Positions 1-9,846 of a stretch of 64,000 bases of DNA are shown here, in pieces. Origin of the DNA: an uncultured Bacilli bacterium (lineage in GTDB: Bacteria > Bacillota_I > Bacilli_A > RFN20 > CAG-826); contig CAKPBC010000001.1 in assembly GCA_934140155.1 (NCBI GenBank), positions 422,542 through 486,541 of the forward strand, read 5' to 3'. Numbering within the stretch: the stretch's first letter is position 1; every line of letters begins with the position of its first letter. The notes under the pieces were generated by a model, which was not told the DNA's origin, did not search any database, and was given only the letters and a program-made list of their open reading frames with translations. A program made the position numbers and the translations under genes.

Positions 1-599
1 GCACAATCTTCATATCCTGGTACTTTAACCATATTTGCTAATGAGTTAACTGTTGCAAATGATAGCAAGTTATAACGCATTTTGGCCATTCTATCAAATA
101 AACCTTGCCAAAAATCTAAATCCCATGTATTCTCTAAATTCCATCTAGTAGAATCGCCATTATTTGTATATGATGGTGTTCTTAAATCCATAGGTGGCCT
201 AATAGATACACCTCGATATTCTAAATATGGACTTTCTTCAAAATTTTGTAGATTAACGATACCTTTATTTAATGATATGTTTTCCGCTAGTTGTAAGCCT
301 CCATACATTAAACCTGTTGAGTCATTTGAAAGCACATTAATAGTATTATTTTCCACTTTAATTTTGTAGCCTTCTTTAGCAATTCCTTTAGTTGAATTAT
401 TTATTATAATTTGATAATCACCGCCGCTATTTACATACTTTAATTTATTTTGTTTTAAAGATGTTTTAATTTCCTCAATAGCAAATTTTACCGATTCTTC
501 ATCTCCGGTATAATCGATGGAAACGGTTGTGCTTTTGCCACATGATGAAAGCGCTCCTAAAAAGAGTGTTGCAATTAAAAATGATAATTTCTTTTTCAT
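1..599 (-). CDS. Lipoprotein, possibly glycoside-hydrolase-like; 3' end runs off the window (N-terminal 199 aa present)
   Basis: Reverse-strand translation from ATG (rc of 597-599) gives MKKKLSFLIATLFLGALSSC (signal peptide plus lipobox Cys), then GLMYGGLQLAENI...EYRGVSIRPPMDL...FWQGLFDRMAKMRYNLL with no stops to position 1. The tail motif resembles GH115/GH20-type TIM-barrel enzymes, but the family is uncertain. Confidence 0.6.
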   Translation of the reverse strand, partial: MKKKLSFLIATLFLGALSSCGKSTTVSIDYTGDEESVKFAIEEIKTSLKQNKLKYVNSGGDYQIIINNSTKGIAKEGYKIKVENNTINVLSNDSTGLMYGGLQLAENISLNKGIVNLQNFEESPYLEYRGVSIRPPMDLRTPSYTNNGDSTRWNLENTWDLDFWQGLFDRMAKMRYNLLSFATVNSLANMVKVPGYEDC

Positions 600-836
600 A
601 CTTTGTTCGAGTGTTTTCTCGAATCCTTTCTATAATTATTTTTTATAAGATTCTAAATATAACAATATTAGCTTTGCAAAACAATAATAAATTTAATATG
701 ATTTTGTCAATATTCTATCTATATGTTTATTAATGTAATCTTACATTAATATTTTATAAAACATTAAAAAATGATTACTTTAATTTTTCGTGAAATGGTT
801 AATATTTTACGCAAAAATATAGTAATCGACGAATAT

Positions 837-2135
837 TTATTTTTTGAAAATAATATCCACAATAAAATTATTATTTTTTATAGTTGATAAGTACCGTCCG
901 TTGTATTTTTCGATGATTGTTTTCATAGATTGAATACCAAAACCATGATAATGTTCATTTTTCTTTTCTTCTTCAAAAACATTATCAGTATAGTAATTTT
1001 CACAGTGAATTTTGATAAATGAATTCCAAGAATATACTTTTAATAAAATTTTTCTTTTTTCCTTGTCTTTAACTCGTATTTCGTAATTTGTGGCATTTTC
1101 AAGCAAATTAGAAAATAACGATATTAAATAATCCTCGCGCATGAAGTCCATTAGTTTGCCATCAGCAATTACATTTAATTCTATATCATTTGCATTACAC
1201 CTTAATTTTGTGTTAGTTATAATTACATCTAAAATATCATTGCCTGTTTTTGTTTTGCAGTCATAAATATTAATTGATTTTAAAGTATCGTTTACAAATT
1301 CATCGTTAAGTTTGCCGCTTTTTTGAGCAACTCTAATTTGATGTCGCATATCATGGCACTTTTGATTAATGATTTCGATGTTTTCTTTTGTTATTTCATA
1401 TTCTTTCATTGATGCGATGACTATTTTATTCATTTGATTCATTCTTAACCTAGATTCGTTAGCAAACGATAAGACAAAAATCATGCTTAAAGAAATAATA
1501 TAAAAACAAAATGCCCCAAAACTTACTCTAAACAAATATTTAGTCGGCATAATTCTATCATTTAACATAGGAGCTATGAGAAAGATTGCAACTTCGGCAA
1601 TAATAAATAATACTGTAATTATCTTATTAATATGAAATTGTTTATTTATACTTGCATATTTTTTAAAAATGAAAAATATAAGTAAAAACCATAATAATTT
1701 ACATAATATAGATATAAAAAACCATATGCCTGGTGTTTTTGAAGCTTGATAATAACCAGTGTTAGCTAAATCAGCATAAGCGTAGAAAATCATATTGTAT
1801 ATAGAAGATGAGGTATTATAGACTAATGTTGTTGCAACAAACATATATATTTTGGTGCTTAATGACTCTTTAATAAAGTAAAATAAATAAATAAGTGTCG
1901 GAATAGTTAAAATTGTAAAAACTAAAGGAGTTATAGTTTTATATGATGTGTAATTGTTTGTTTTTAAATCGGCGAGAAGAATAGCGAAAATAAGCGATAA
2001 AACGCAAGAAATTAATATAACAATAATATAAAAAAATCCTTCTTTTTTTCTCCTTTTTAAGGAGTTAGTTACCGCAAGACTAGCGATAAAATACGATAGT
2101 GAAAATACTAAATAATACTTAAATTGTTCAATCAT
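837..2135 (-). CDS. HPK10-family sensor histidine kinase (AgrC/ComD/LytS-like; multi-TM sensor plus GHKL ATPase)
   Basis: 432 aa. The N-terminal ~200 aa is highly hydrophobic (6-7 predicted TM). The C-terminal HATPase_c carries ...HGFGIQSMKTIIEKYNGRYL... Sits directly downstream of a LytTR regulator; RBS aaaggaac before ATG. Confidence 0.8.
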   Translation of the reverse strand: MIEQFKYYLVFSLSYFIASLAVTNSLKRRKKEGFFYIIVILISCVLSLIFAILLADLKTNNYTSYKTITPLVFTILTIPTLIYLFYFIKESLSTKIYMFVATTLVYNTSSSIYNMIFYAYADLANTGYYQASKTPGIWFFISILCKLLWFLLIFFIFKKYASINKQFHINKIITVLFIIAEVAIFLIAPMLNDRIMPTKYLFRVSFGAFCFYIISLSMIFVLSFANESRLRMNQMNKIVIASMKEYEITKENIEIINQKCHDMRHQIRVAQKSGKLNDEFVNDTLKSINIYDCKTKTGNDILDVIITNTKLRCNANDIELNVIADGKLMDFMREDYLISLFSNLLENATNYEIRVKDKEKRKILLKVYSWNSFIKIHCENYYTDNVFEEEKKNEHYHGFGIQSMKTIIEKYNGRYLSTIKNNNFIVDIIFKK

Positions 2136-2148
2136 TAGTTCGTTCCTT

Positions 2149-2841
2149 TTATATTACCTTGTTTAGTGCATCCATTATTTGATTTTTTAATAATGGTGAA
2201 AATATTAGTTCTAAATTATTAGATAAAATAATTGTTTTGTTCCCAATTGAAGCGATATGAAAGATATTAACAATTTTTGATTTGGAAATGCGTACGAAAA
2301 AATCTTTTGGAAGAGTCTTTTCAATATTTTTTAATGAATCCCAACACTCATAATTTTTGTTTTTTAAGTGCAAATACACCAGGTGATCATCAACGGAAAT
2401 ATAATAAACATCTTTACATCTAATTTTTAAATAGCCAGAAGTTGTTTTAATGTTAAAAAAGTCGGCATTTTTTTCAACTTTAGTAGATATTTTATTAAGA
2501 ATTGCTTCTAATCTTTCGTATTTTATTGGCTTTACTATGTAATCATATGCGTTAACCTCATATCCATTTATTGCAAATTGAGCAAGGTTTGTTATAAATA
2601 TAATGATTGCCTCCTCATCAATTTTTCTTATTTTCTTACTTAATTCAAGCCCATTAATGTCTGGTAATTCAATGTCAATAAAAATAATATCATAGTTTGC
2701 TTTGAATTTTTCTAAAAATGTAATTGAAGTATTGAATATATCTAATTCGATGAATAATGAATTATTGCTTTCGTATTGATTAATTAAGTTTTTAAAATAA
2801 CTTGAATATATTTCTTCATCTTCAATTAATGCTATTTTCAT
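2149..2841 (-). CDS. LytTR-family response regulator (REC plus LytTR DNA-binding domain; AgrA/ComE-like)
   Basis: Start refined to MKIALIED (RBS AAGGAG; the ORF-track N-extension is rejected). REC domain motifs IDIELPDINGLEL. C-terminal LytTR: KIRCKDVYYISVDDHLVYLHLKN...FFVRISKSKIVN. Confidence 0.85.
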   Translation of the reverse strand: MKIALIEDEEIYSSYFKNLINQYESNNSLFIELDIFNTSITFLEKFKANYDIIFIDIELPDINGLELSKKIRKIDEEAIIIFITNLAQFAINGYEVNAYDYIVKPIKYERLEAILNKISTKVEKNADFFNIKTTSGYLKIRCKDVYYISVDDHLVYLHLKNKNYECWDSLKNIEKTLPKDFFVRISKSKIVNIFHIASIGNKTIILSNNLELIFSPLLKNQIMDALNKVI

Positions 2842-2959
2842 TTCAATTACTCCTTGTAATATTTTATTTTGCTTTGCTGTCAATATTTTATATTTTAATT
2901 ATAACATAAAAGTGAAAAAAAGCACTTTTTCAAAGTGCTTTTTAAGATTTGTGATTAAT

Positions 2960-3823
2960 TTATATAATCTCTGTTCTTACAGTTGATGTTCTTTCACGTG
3001 CTTCACAAGAACAGTTGAATTTTGCTTTTCCATCTAAATCCGTATAGAATAATCCAACAAAAGATCCATCTAATCTAGTGATTTTGCCATCCATAACACA
3101 ACCGAATTCATCAATTGCACCTTCAAAAGCACCAATGCCAGTGTCATTAAATGACCCTTTGGTGTATAAGGAATTGTCTTCATCTTTGAAATCAACTACA
3201 ACTTCATTAACTGGATTTATTTGTCCTTCCATATTTGTGAATGTTCCAGTGTATTCGCCAATAAATGAAGCGGATGTATATAATGGAGTATCATATGTTT
3301 TTTTATTATAGTAATAAGTCCAATTAACTTTTCCGTCAGCAGTTGATGTTAAAGTTACATTTTCATTAACGCTTCCTCTTCCATCGAAACCATCCAAATT
3401 AATTGTATAAGAATCTCCTTGCTTTTCCCATGATCCAGTTGTTTCAAATGTTTTTACGTTTAACAAATCACCATTTTGGAAGAGAATTCGTCTACCTGCC
3501 TTAACAGACTTTTCACCATTAGCCTCTTTTAATAAGCGAATGTAAATCATATAGTTTGGTCCTTTATGCTTAGATGTTTCAAATGCTTGAGAAGCAAGTG
3601 TATTAGCTTCGCCTTCTGTTTTTGTTTCTGAATCATAAATTTTACCTGGAGCATAATATACAAATTCATGTTCATATGGGCTTACATATTTTCTTTCTGG
3701 TATTGTCGATGTGCTTGGTTGTTCATTACTTGGCTTGCTTGATGGGTTGTCTCCATTATTACATGAAGCTAAGCATCCTAAAGCTGCAAATAATGATAAT
3801 GTACAAATTAGTTTCTTTTTCAT
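2960..3823 (-). CDS. Lipoprotein of unknown function
   Basis: Start refined to MKKKLICTLSLFAALGCLASCNNG (RBS AAAAAGGAG). Lipobox LASC. Followed by a terminator hairpin at ~2912-2940. Confidence 0.7.
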   Translation of the reverse strand: MKKKLICTLSLFAALGCLASCNNGDNPSSKPSNEQPSTSTIPERKYVSPYEHEFVYYAPGKIYDSETKTEGEANTLASQAFETSKHKGPNYMIYIRLLKEANGEKSVKAGRRILFQNGDLLNVKTFETTGSWEKQGDSYTINLDGFDGRGSVNENVTLTSTADGKVNWTYYYNKKTYDTPLYTSASFIGEYTGTFTNMEGQINPVNEVVVDFKDEDNSLYTKGSFNDTGIGAFEGAIDEFGCVMDGKITRLDGSFVGLFYTDLDGKAKFNCSCEARERTSTVRTEII

Positions 3824-4068
3824 TTCTTTTCTCCTTTTTGTAATAAATACATAACTAAATTTACATTTCAATGCTATTTTATCTTTTTATAATATTATAT
3901 GTTTTTTTCGCGAAAGCGCTTTTTTGGTTCGTGAAACCGCTTTAAACATATGATTCTAATTTCACGAAATCCTTTTTGGCTTTTACGAAAAATATGTGTT
4001 ATATTTATGGCTTTACATTGAAAATTGTGATGGTAAGAAGAATATTTTATTATTCTAGAAAGGATTTT

Positions 4069-4509
4069 ATGAAATACAAAGTAAGAAAATTTTTTAATGT
4101 TAATGGGTATGGAGCATATGTATTGATAGCAAATATCATTCTAATATTAATAACGTTAATACTATATCCATGTTTTTACGATGGGAACAAGTCAATTTGG
4201 GATTTGATGTCTTGGAGCGCATTTTATGTTTTATTGGTAGGATTGGTTATAAGTGTGGCATTACTATTTTTGTTTAAAGGTAAATTTTCATCATTAGTAC
4301 TAATGCCAACAACATTAGTTGCTTTTGGTCTATTTGTTTTAAAAACATATCAATATATTTCTGCAGCGTTTGTTGGAATTGATTCCCAATTTACTCCACA
4401 ATTTATAATTTTATTTATATTATTCATTATAAATGTGGTTTTATCATTTATTGCATTTTTTAAAACATTTAATTTCGAGAAGGAGAATTTAAACAATGAA
4501 GAGAAATAA
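4069..4509 (+). CDS. Small polytopic membrane protein (about 4 TM), unknown function
   Basis: Start placed at MKYKVRK (RBS AGAAAGGA 5 nt upstream). Hydrophobic helices ILILITLILYP, VLLVGLVISVALLFLF, LVAFGLFVL, FIILFILFIINVVLSFIAFF. The stop overlaps the start of the next gene. Confidence 0.55.
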   Translation: MKYKVRKFFNVNGYGAYVLIANIILILITLILYPCFYDGNKSIWDLMSWSAFYVLLVGLVISVALLFLFKGKFSSLVLMPTTLVAFGLFVLKTYQYISAAFVGIDSQFTPQFIILFILFIINVVLSFIAFFKTFNFEKENLNNEEK

Positions 4510-7500
4510 ATTAAATTTAACGTTACCTAAAACTTTATTAGCGGTATCACTTGCATTTTTAGTGCTAACAGCAGTGGGTTATGAAATAGTTGATGAAAAC
4601 AAATCTCAAATTAACAAAGCATTAAATATCAAAACTACAGAAATAATAAAAAAGGATTCATCAGAAGAAGTCGATTCTTTGTACTATAAAACTAAGTACA
4701 AATCAATTAAAGAATTAAAAAAAGATAGTTCAAAACTTTGCGAGGATGCTGAAGCAGAAGGAATTGTTTTGTTAAAAAATAACGACAATGCTTTGCCTTT
4801 AACAAAAGAATCAAGAAATGTATCATTGTTTTCTATTTCTAGTGTTGATCCAGCTTATGGCGGAACGGGATCTGGTAATGTTGATACATCGACAGCTCCG
4901 ACATTAAAAGAGGCGTTTGAAAGAAATTCTCTTTTTAAAGTAAATCCAGTACTTTGGAACTATTATTCTTCACATCCTGAGTATAAAAGAAAATTTGTTT
5001 CAACAGGACAAGGCGTTAAGGGAATAGGCTATATGGGAGAAGCACCATGGAGTGATGTTAAAGCAAATACTGAATCATCATTTAAACAATATGGAGATGC
5101 TGCAATTGTAGTACTTTCTCGAATTGGTGGGGAAGGATCTGACATGCCTCGCGGTGATTTTGCAGTAAATAAACTAAAGACAGATGTTGCTGGAGATAAT
5201 GATGGTAACTATTTACATCTTTCTCCAAAAGAAAAAGATATGTTGTTAGGTCTTAAATTAGAAAAAGATGCAGGTAATATTAAAAAAATTATTGTTTTAT
5301 TAAATGGCTGTAACCAGATTGAAGCTGATTTTTTAGAAGATACACAGTATGACATTGATGCAGCATTGTGGATTGGAACTCCTGGAAATACAGGATTTTA
5401 CGCAGTTGCAGAGGTTATAGCGGGGTTATCACCATCTGGAAGATTAAATACTACATTCTGGGCAAATCATAACATGAATCCAGTTAATACAAACTTTGGG
5501 CCAAAAGTATATGAAGGCGCTACTGATTCAATATTAGCTGATGGCACTTTAAATCAAGACCGCGTTTATACAGCATATCAAGAGGGAATTTATGTCGGAT
5601 ATAAATATACTGAAACTAGATATATGGATTATGTTTATAATCGCTCTAATGTGGGCGGATATGATTATTCTAAAGTTGTAACTTACCCATTTGGTTATGG
5701 ATTATCTTATACAAATTTCGAATATTCTAATTTTTCTATTAAAGAAGATATGAAAGATAATGAAAAAGTATATATAGTTAAAGTTGATGTGAAAAACGTC
5801 GGAAATATAGCAGGAAAAGATGTTGTCCAAGTATATTTGGAAAAGCCTTATAACCAATATAATATTGAAAATAAGATGGAAACAGCAGGTGTAGAATTAG
5901 TTGGATTTGTGAAAACTAAAGAATTAGATGCTAATGAACCACAAACTGTCGAAATTGAAATTAAAGAGCGCCAATTTGCCTCTTATGATTCTAACAATGC
6001 TAAGACATATGTTTTAAATGGCGGTGATTATTATCTTAGTATTGGCAATGGTGCACACGAAGCTGCAAATAACATTCTTGCTAAGAAAGGCTATTCGCCA
6101 TCAAATACAAATAATAAGATGGATGCAATAGGTAATAAAGATTTAGTTGGTGAAAAGATAACACTAGAATTTGATAATAAAATTTATTCAAAATCAAAAT
6201 CTACTGGTAATGAAATAACTAATAGATTTGATGACGTTGATTTTAACAAATACGAAAACAGAGGAAATGATTATATTAATTACTTAACAAGAAACAACTG
6301 GGAAGACACAGTACAATTAGACTGGAGCAAACATGCAGTAATTCACTGGTCAGATAGTTTAGAAACTGATCAAAAAGCAATGGGATATCAAACTGAATGT
6401 GTTGTTGAAGAAGACAAAAGTGAATATCCTAAATATGGGCAAGATAATGGACTTCAGCTTATTGATTTAAGAGTAAATGAAAAAGGTGAAAAAATTGCTT
6501 ATGATGATGAATTGTGGAATCAATTATTAGACCAATTAACTTGGGAAGATTGTACATCAACAATATCATCTGGTATGAGACATTCTGAAGCAATTGAAAG
6601 TATTGGCAAACCAGAATGTACTGACCATAATGGTCCTAATGGTTTAACAGAAAGATATAGATATGGATCTACTAGTAAACAAGGATATGCTTATTTATAT
6701 AACGACCCGGACATGGATTCTTATCCAACTTGTTACCCTTCCTCAAATGTATTAGCTGCTTCATTTAATAAAGATTTGATTTATGAAGTTGGTGCTATGA
6801 TTGGAGAAGATGCATTATGGGTTGGTTATGCCGGATTATATGGGCCTGGTAGTAATATTATCCGTTCACCATATAGTGGAAGAAATTTTGAATATTTTTC
6901 TGAAGATGGATACTTATCAGGCGAAATGTGTGCATATGAAACGGCGGCAATGGAAAGCAAAGGATTATATGTTTATAATAAACATTGTGCACTAAATGAT
7001 TCGGAAGATATGAGAAGAGGCATTTCAGTTTGGTGTAATGAACAAGCATTGCGAGAAGTTTATTTACGAGCATTTGAATTACCAATAACAATTGATGGAA
7101 CATCATATAATTACAATGGCACTGAAGTTACTATGAAAGGCGCTTCTGGAGTTATGACAGCGTTTAATAGATTGGGGCTTTACTGGTCAGGACAATCAAA
7201 ATCACTAATGACTGACTTCTTACGTAATGAATGTGGTATGACCGGTATTGCTGTTACTGATATGTGGTACGGAAACGTTACACCATATATGAACTTTGTT
7301 CAAATGTTGCTTGCTGGTACTAATTTAGTGGATGGCGCAGTGAAGGCATCAACAAATATAGACATGTGTAGAACAAATCATGCTAATGTAGCATGGGCTA
7401 TGCGAGAAGCTATGCATAGAATATTATATACCACTGTCCATAGTAGCGTCATGAATGGAATTACAAGTAACACTATAATAAAAAGACTAACACCATTCTA

Positions 7501-7618
7501 TTTGCCATTAATTAGAGGAATAGAAATTGGCTCTGGAGTTGTATTAGCGAGTTCTATCGCATTAGGGTTTTATATTATATTTAAAAACAAAAAAGAAATA
7601 GACTTATCAATATTATAA
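4496..7618 (+). CDS. Glycoside hydrolase family 3-like enzyme with permuted domain order (GH3 C-domain, Fn3-like, GH3 N-terminal barrel), N-terminal signal anchor and C-terminal TM anchor
   Basis: 1040 aa; RBS GAAGGAG. GH3 C-domain-like: GIVLLKNNDNALPL, IVVLSRIGGEGSDMPRGD, PSGRLNTTF. Fn3-like: VVQVYLEKP...ELVGFVKT. GH3 N-domain-like near the C-terminus: RSPYSGRNFEYFSEDGYLSGEM...YNKHCALND...NEQALREVYLRAFE. C-terminal hydrophobic IEIGSGVVLASSIALGFYIIF then KNKK. Paralogue of the gene at 63321-64000. Confidence 0.75.
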   Translation: MKRNKLNLTLPKTLLAVSLAFLVLTAVGYEIVDENKSQINKALNIKTTEIIKKDSSEEVDSLYYKTKYKSIKELKKDSSKLCEDAEAEGIVLLKNNDNALPLTKESRNVSLFSISSVDPAYGGTGSGNVDTSTAPTLKEAFERNSLFKVNPVLWNYYSSHPEYKRKFVSTGQGVKGIGYMGEAPWSDVKANTESSFKQYGDAAIVVLSRIGGEGSDMPRGDFAVNKLKTDVAGDNDGNYLHLSPKEKDMLLGLKLEKDAGNIKKIIVLLNGCNQIEADFLEDTQYDIDAALWIGTPGNTGFYAVAEVIAGLSPSGRLNTTFWANHNMNPVNTNFGPKVYEGATDSILADGTLNQDRVYTAYQEGIYVGYKYTETRYMDYVYNRSNVGGYDYSKVVTYPFGYGLSYTNFEYSNFSIKEDMKDNEKVYIVKVDVKNVGNIAGKDVVQVYLEKPYNQYNIENKMETAGVELVGFVKTKELDANEPQTVEIEIKERQFASYDSNNAKTYVLNGGDYYLSIGNGAHEAANNILAKKGYSPSNTNNKMDAIGNKDLVGEKITLEFDNKIYSKSKSTGNEITNRFDDVDFNKYENRGNDYINYLTRNNWEDTVQLDWSKHAVIHWSDSLETDQKAMGYQTECVVEEDKSEYPKYGQDNGLQLIDLRVNEKGEKIAYDDELWNQLLDQLTWEDCTSTISSGMRHSEAIESIGKPECTDHNGPNGLTERYRYGSTSKQGYAYLYNDPDMDSYPTCYPSSNVLAASFNKDLIYEVGAMIGEDALWVGYAGLYGPGSNIIRSPYSGRNFEYFSEDGYLSGEMCAYETAAMESKGLYVYNKHCALNDSEDMRRGISVWCNEQALREVYLRAFELPITIDGTSYNYNGTEVTMKGASGVMTAFNRLGLYWSGQSKSLMTDFLRNECGMTGIAVTDMWYGNVTPYMNFVQMLLAGTNLVDGAVKASTNIDMCRTNHANVAWAMREAMHRILYTTVHSSVMNGITSNTIIKRLTPFYLPLIRGIEIGSGVVLASSIALGFYIIFKNKKEIDLSIL

Positions 7619-7704
7619 AAAACTTTAAAAATTTTTAGGGTTTCGTATGGCTGCTAAAAATTGAATTAATAAGCGTGGTAATGTCAGACATAAAATTATT
7701 AAAT

Positions 7705-7732
7705 GGTATCTTGAAAAGAAGATACCATTTTT
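7705..7732 (+). terminator. Rho-independent terminator downstream of the GH3-like gene
   Basis: GGTATCTT-gaaaag-AAGATACC hairpin followed by ATTTTT. Confidence 0.6.
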
Positions 7733-7744
7733 AAAACAAAATTA

Positions 7745-7794
7745 TTGACAGCGCTTACAAAAGTGATATTATAAAATTGATAGATAATCTATCA
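7745..7794 (+). promoter_or_regulatory. Sigma-A-type promoter (TTGACA, 17 nt, TATAAA-like) followed by a perfect 8-1-8 palindrome TGATAGAT-A-ATCTATCA (7778-7794), likely the TetR operator
   Basis: The palindrome lies between the -10 and the RBS (GAGGTGA) of the TetR gene at 7817. This is the classic TetR autoregulatory layout. Confidence 0.6.
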
Positions 7795-7816
7795 GTTTCA
7801 TAATTGAGGTGATTAC

Positions 7817-8443
7817 ATGTCAAAAGCAAAAGATAAAAGAATAAACGAAGTAATCAAAAAAGCAAGTGAATTATTTATTGGAAAATCAATTGAAGAAGTT
7901 CGAGTAGTGGACATTGCTAATAGTTTAAATATTGGTGAAGCATCCATATATCGTTATTTTGGAAAAAAAGAAAATCTTGTTTATAAAGTGGCAATATATT
8001 TATGGAATGAAGTAAAAGCTAAATATTTTGATTATCAACTTATTTATAAAGAAAGTAATGGCTTAGAACAAGTCAAACAATTCTTTAATTGTTTTATTGA
8101 TATTTATAGTAATAACCAATCATTTTTCATATTTATTAATGATTTTGATAATTACATCATTGATAAAAACATTTCTATGGATGATATTAATGAATACGAA
8201 AAAGAACTTCTTACTATTAAAGATATATTTGATAATATTTGGAATATTGGTGTTAATGATAAATCAATAAAAGCCAATATTAATAAAGATGAAATATATT
8301 TTACTTATACTCATGCTTTATTATCCACATGTTCAAAATTATCGAAAAGAGCAATTTTACATTCGGATAGTTTAGTATCAAGTATAAAACAAATAACGTT
8401 ATTAATAGATGTGTTCATCGATTATATCAAAGGAGGAAATTAA
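7817..8443 (+). CDS. TetR/AcrR-family transcriptional regulator
   Basis: N-terminal HTH: VRVVDIANSLNIGEASIYRYFGKKENLVYKVA; 208 aa all-alpha. Confidence 0.8.
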   Translation: MSKAKDKRINEVIKKASELFIGKSIEEVRVVDIANSLNIGEASIYRYFGKKENLVYKVAIYLWNEVKAKYFDYQLIYKESNGLEQVKQFFNCFIDIYSNNQSFFIFINDFDNYIIDKNISMDDINEYEKELLTIKDIFDNIWNIGVNDKSIKANINKDEIYFTYTHALLSTCSKLSKRAILHSDSLVSSIKQITLLIDVFIDYIKGGN

Positions 8444-8444
8444 T

Positions 8445-9845
8445 ATGAATACAAGAAGATTAACAAAAAAAGAGATGTGGATTTTCGCTATCGGACAATT
8501 AGGATGGTCCATATTAGGAGGAATTATCAATGCTTGGTTAGTAACTTTCTATTTGCCAACATCAGATTCCGCTACTAAGTATATTAAACCTGGTCTTGTG
8601 ATATTTGGAATATTAACAATCTTAGGATTAATTACTTTTATTTGCCGTATTTTTGATGCTGTTACTGACCCGCTTATTGCAACACTTTCGGATAGATCAA
8701 AAAATCCGAAAGGAAGAAGAATTCCTTTTATGCGTATAGCGGCGATTCCTTTTGCGGTTATTACCGTATTAGTATTCTGTGCACCAGTTGAGCATATTAG
8801 TGGTATTAATGTGGCTTGGATTTTAGTATTCTTAATCTTATTTTATTTATTTATGACGATGTATTGCACACCTTATAATGCTTTAATTTCGGAATTTGGA
8901 AAAACTCAAGAAGATCGTATGTATATTTCGACCGCCATATCATTAACATATTTCTTTGGTACAGTTTTAGCTTATTTACCTTTTGTATTTGGCGGCGTAT
9001 TACAAAAAGTTGTTTCTTATAACTGGAGTTATCGAATTTGTTTTATTGTTTTAGCGCTTATTGCTTTATTTTGTATGTTACTTCCAACATTTAAATTAAA
9101 AGAGACGGATTTTGTTGATGTAAAACCATCAAATTCTAATACATTTAAATCACTTGGTGCAACATTTAAAAATAAAGATTTTAGAATATTCGTTTGGTCA
9201 GATATTGCTTATTGGATTGGTTTAACTTTATTCCAAACTGGCTTACCATTCTTTGTTAAAGTATCAATGAAAATTGATGAATCCTTTACGATGATTTTAT
9301 TAGCGGGTATGACTATTTTATCAGCTTGCTTTTATCCAGTTGTTTCTAAGTTAGTTAAAAAATTTGGTAAGAAAAAGATGACAATTGCTGGATTTTTAGG
9401 CCTTGCTTTAGCGTATGTAATAACTGCTTTAATTGGCGTGATTCCTGTTGGTAATAATTTAGTTTATGGTATTGCTATTGTTGTTATAGCTTCATTCCCA
9501 ATGGCGTTACTTGGAATTATTCCTCAATCAATTGTGGCTGATATTGCCGAAGAAGACGCTATTAACACTAAAGAAAAAAGAGAAGGCATGTTCTTTGCTG
9601 CTCGTACATTTGCAATGAAAATGGGACAATCTATTGCCATGCTTGCCTTTACTTCATTAGCAATTTTAGGAGCAAGTCAAGACTTAACATCTAATGATAT
9701 TGCGGCATCTGTATTTGGTTTAAGAATCGTCGCAATAGTGGCAATTGTATTCTGTGTATTAGGTGCAGTTATATTAGCGTTTTATAACGAAAAACGTGTC
9801 ATGAAAACAATTGAAGATAATCATAAAATAACGGAAGAAAAATAA
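8445..9845 (+). CDS. Glycoside-pentoside-hexuronide (GPH) family Na+/sugar symporter (MelB-like, MFS superfamily)
   Basis: Start refined to MNTRRL (RBS AGGAGG). About 12 TM. GPH N-terminus WIFAIGQLGWSILGGIINAWLVTFY and DAVTDPLIATLSDR(S)...GRR motif. Confidence 0.85.
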   Translation: MNTRRLTKKEMWIFAIGQLGWSILGGIINAWLVTFYLPTSDSATKYIKPGLVIFGILTILGLITFICRIFDAVTDPLIATLSDRSKNPKGRRIPFMRIAAIPFAVITVLVFCAPVEHISGINVAWILVFLILFYLFMTMYCTPYNALISEFGKTQEDRMYISTAISLTYFFGTVLAYLPFVFGGVLQKVVSYNWSYRICFIVLALIALFCMLLPTFKLKETDFVDVKPSNSNTFKSLGATFKNKDFRIFVWSDIAYWIGLTLFQTGLPFFVKVSMKIDESFTMILLAGMTILSACFYPVVSKLVKKFGKKKMTIAGFLGLALAYVITALIGVIPVGNNLVYGIAIVVIASFPMALLGIIPQSIVADIAEEDAINTKEKREGMFFAARTFAMKMGQSIAMLAFTSLAILGASQDLTSNDIAASVFGLRIVAIVAIVFCVLGAVILAFYNEKRVMKTIEDNHKITEEK

Positions 9846-9846
9846 T

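Noticed and set aside
82-369. Plus-strand ORFs 82-369 and 527-733 from the six-frame track
   Set aside because: They lie antisense to, or within the leader of, a well-supported minus-strand lipoprotein gene (1-599) that reads without stops and has a signal peptide plus lipobox. The plus ORFs have no RBS and low-complexity translations.
3078-7106. Short antisense or alternative-frame ORFs inside large genes (for example 3078-3311, 3622-3843, 6801-6995, 6858-7106)
   Set aside because: Each is embedded in a longer ORF with strong homology motifs on the other strand or frame, lacks an RBS, and has AT-rich codon-skewed translations (runs of I/L/F/K). The same logic rejects 13935-14132, 14463-14732, 14898-15092, 17707-17982, 19096-19377, 22878-23093, 23289-23516, 24783-25055, 27692-28000, 29433-29624, 35438-35716, 36846-37250, 37260-37550, 38393-38578, 40038-40283, 41653-41853, 43954-44139, 45551-45766, 47379-47618, 47626-47907, 48031-48321, 50727-50912, 50946-51152, 51195-51485, 53806-54015, 55655-56050, 55917-56117, 59402-59593, 60494-60775, 62384-62590 and 62741-62974.
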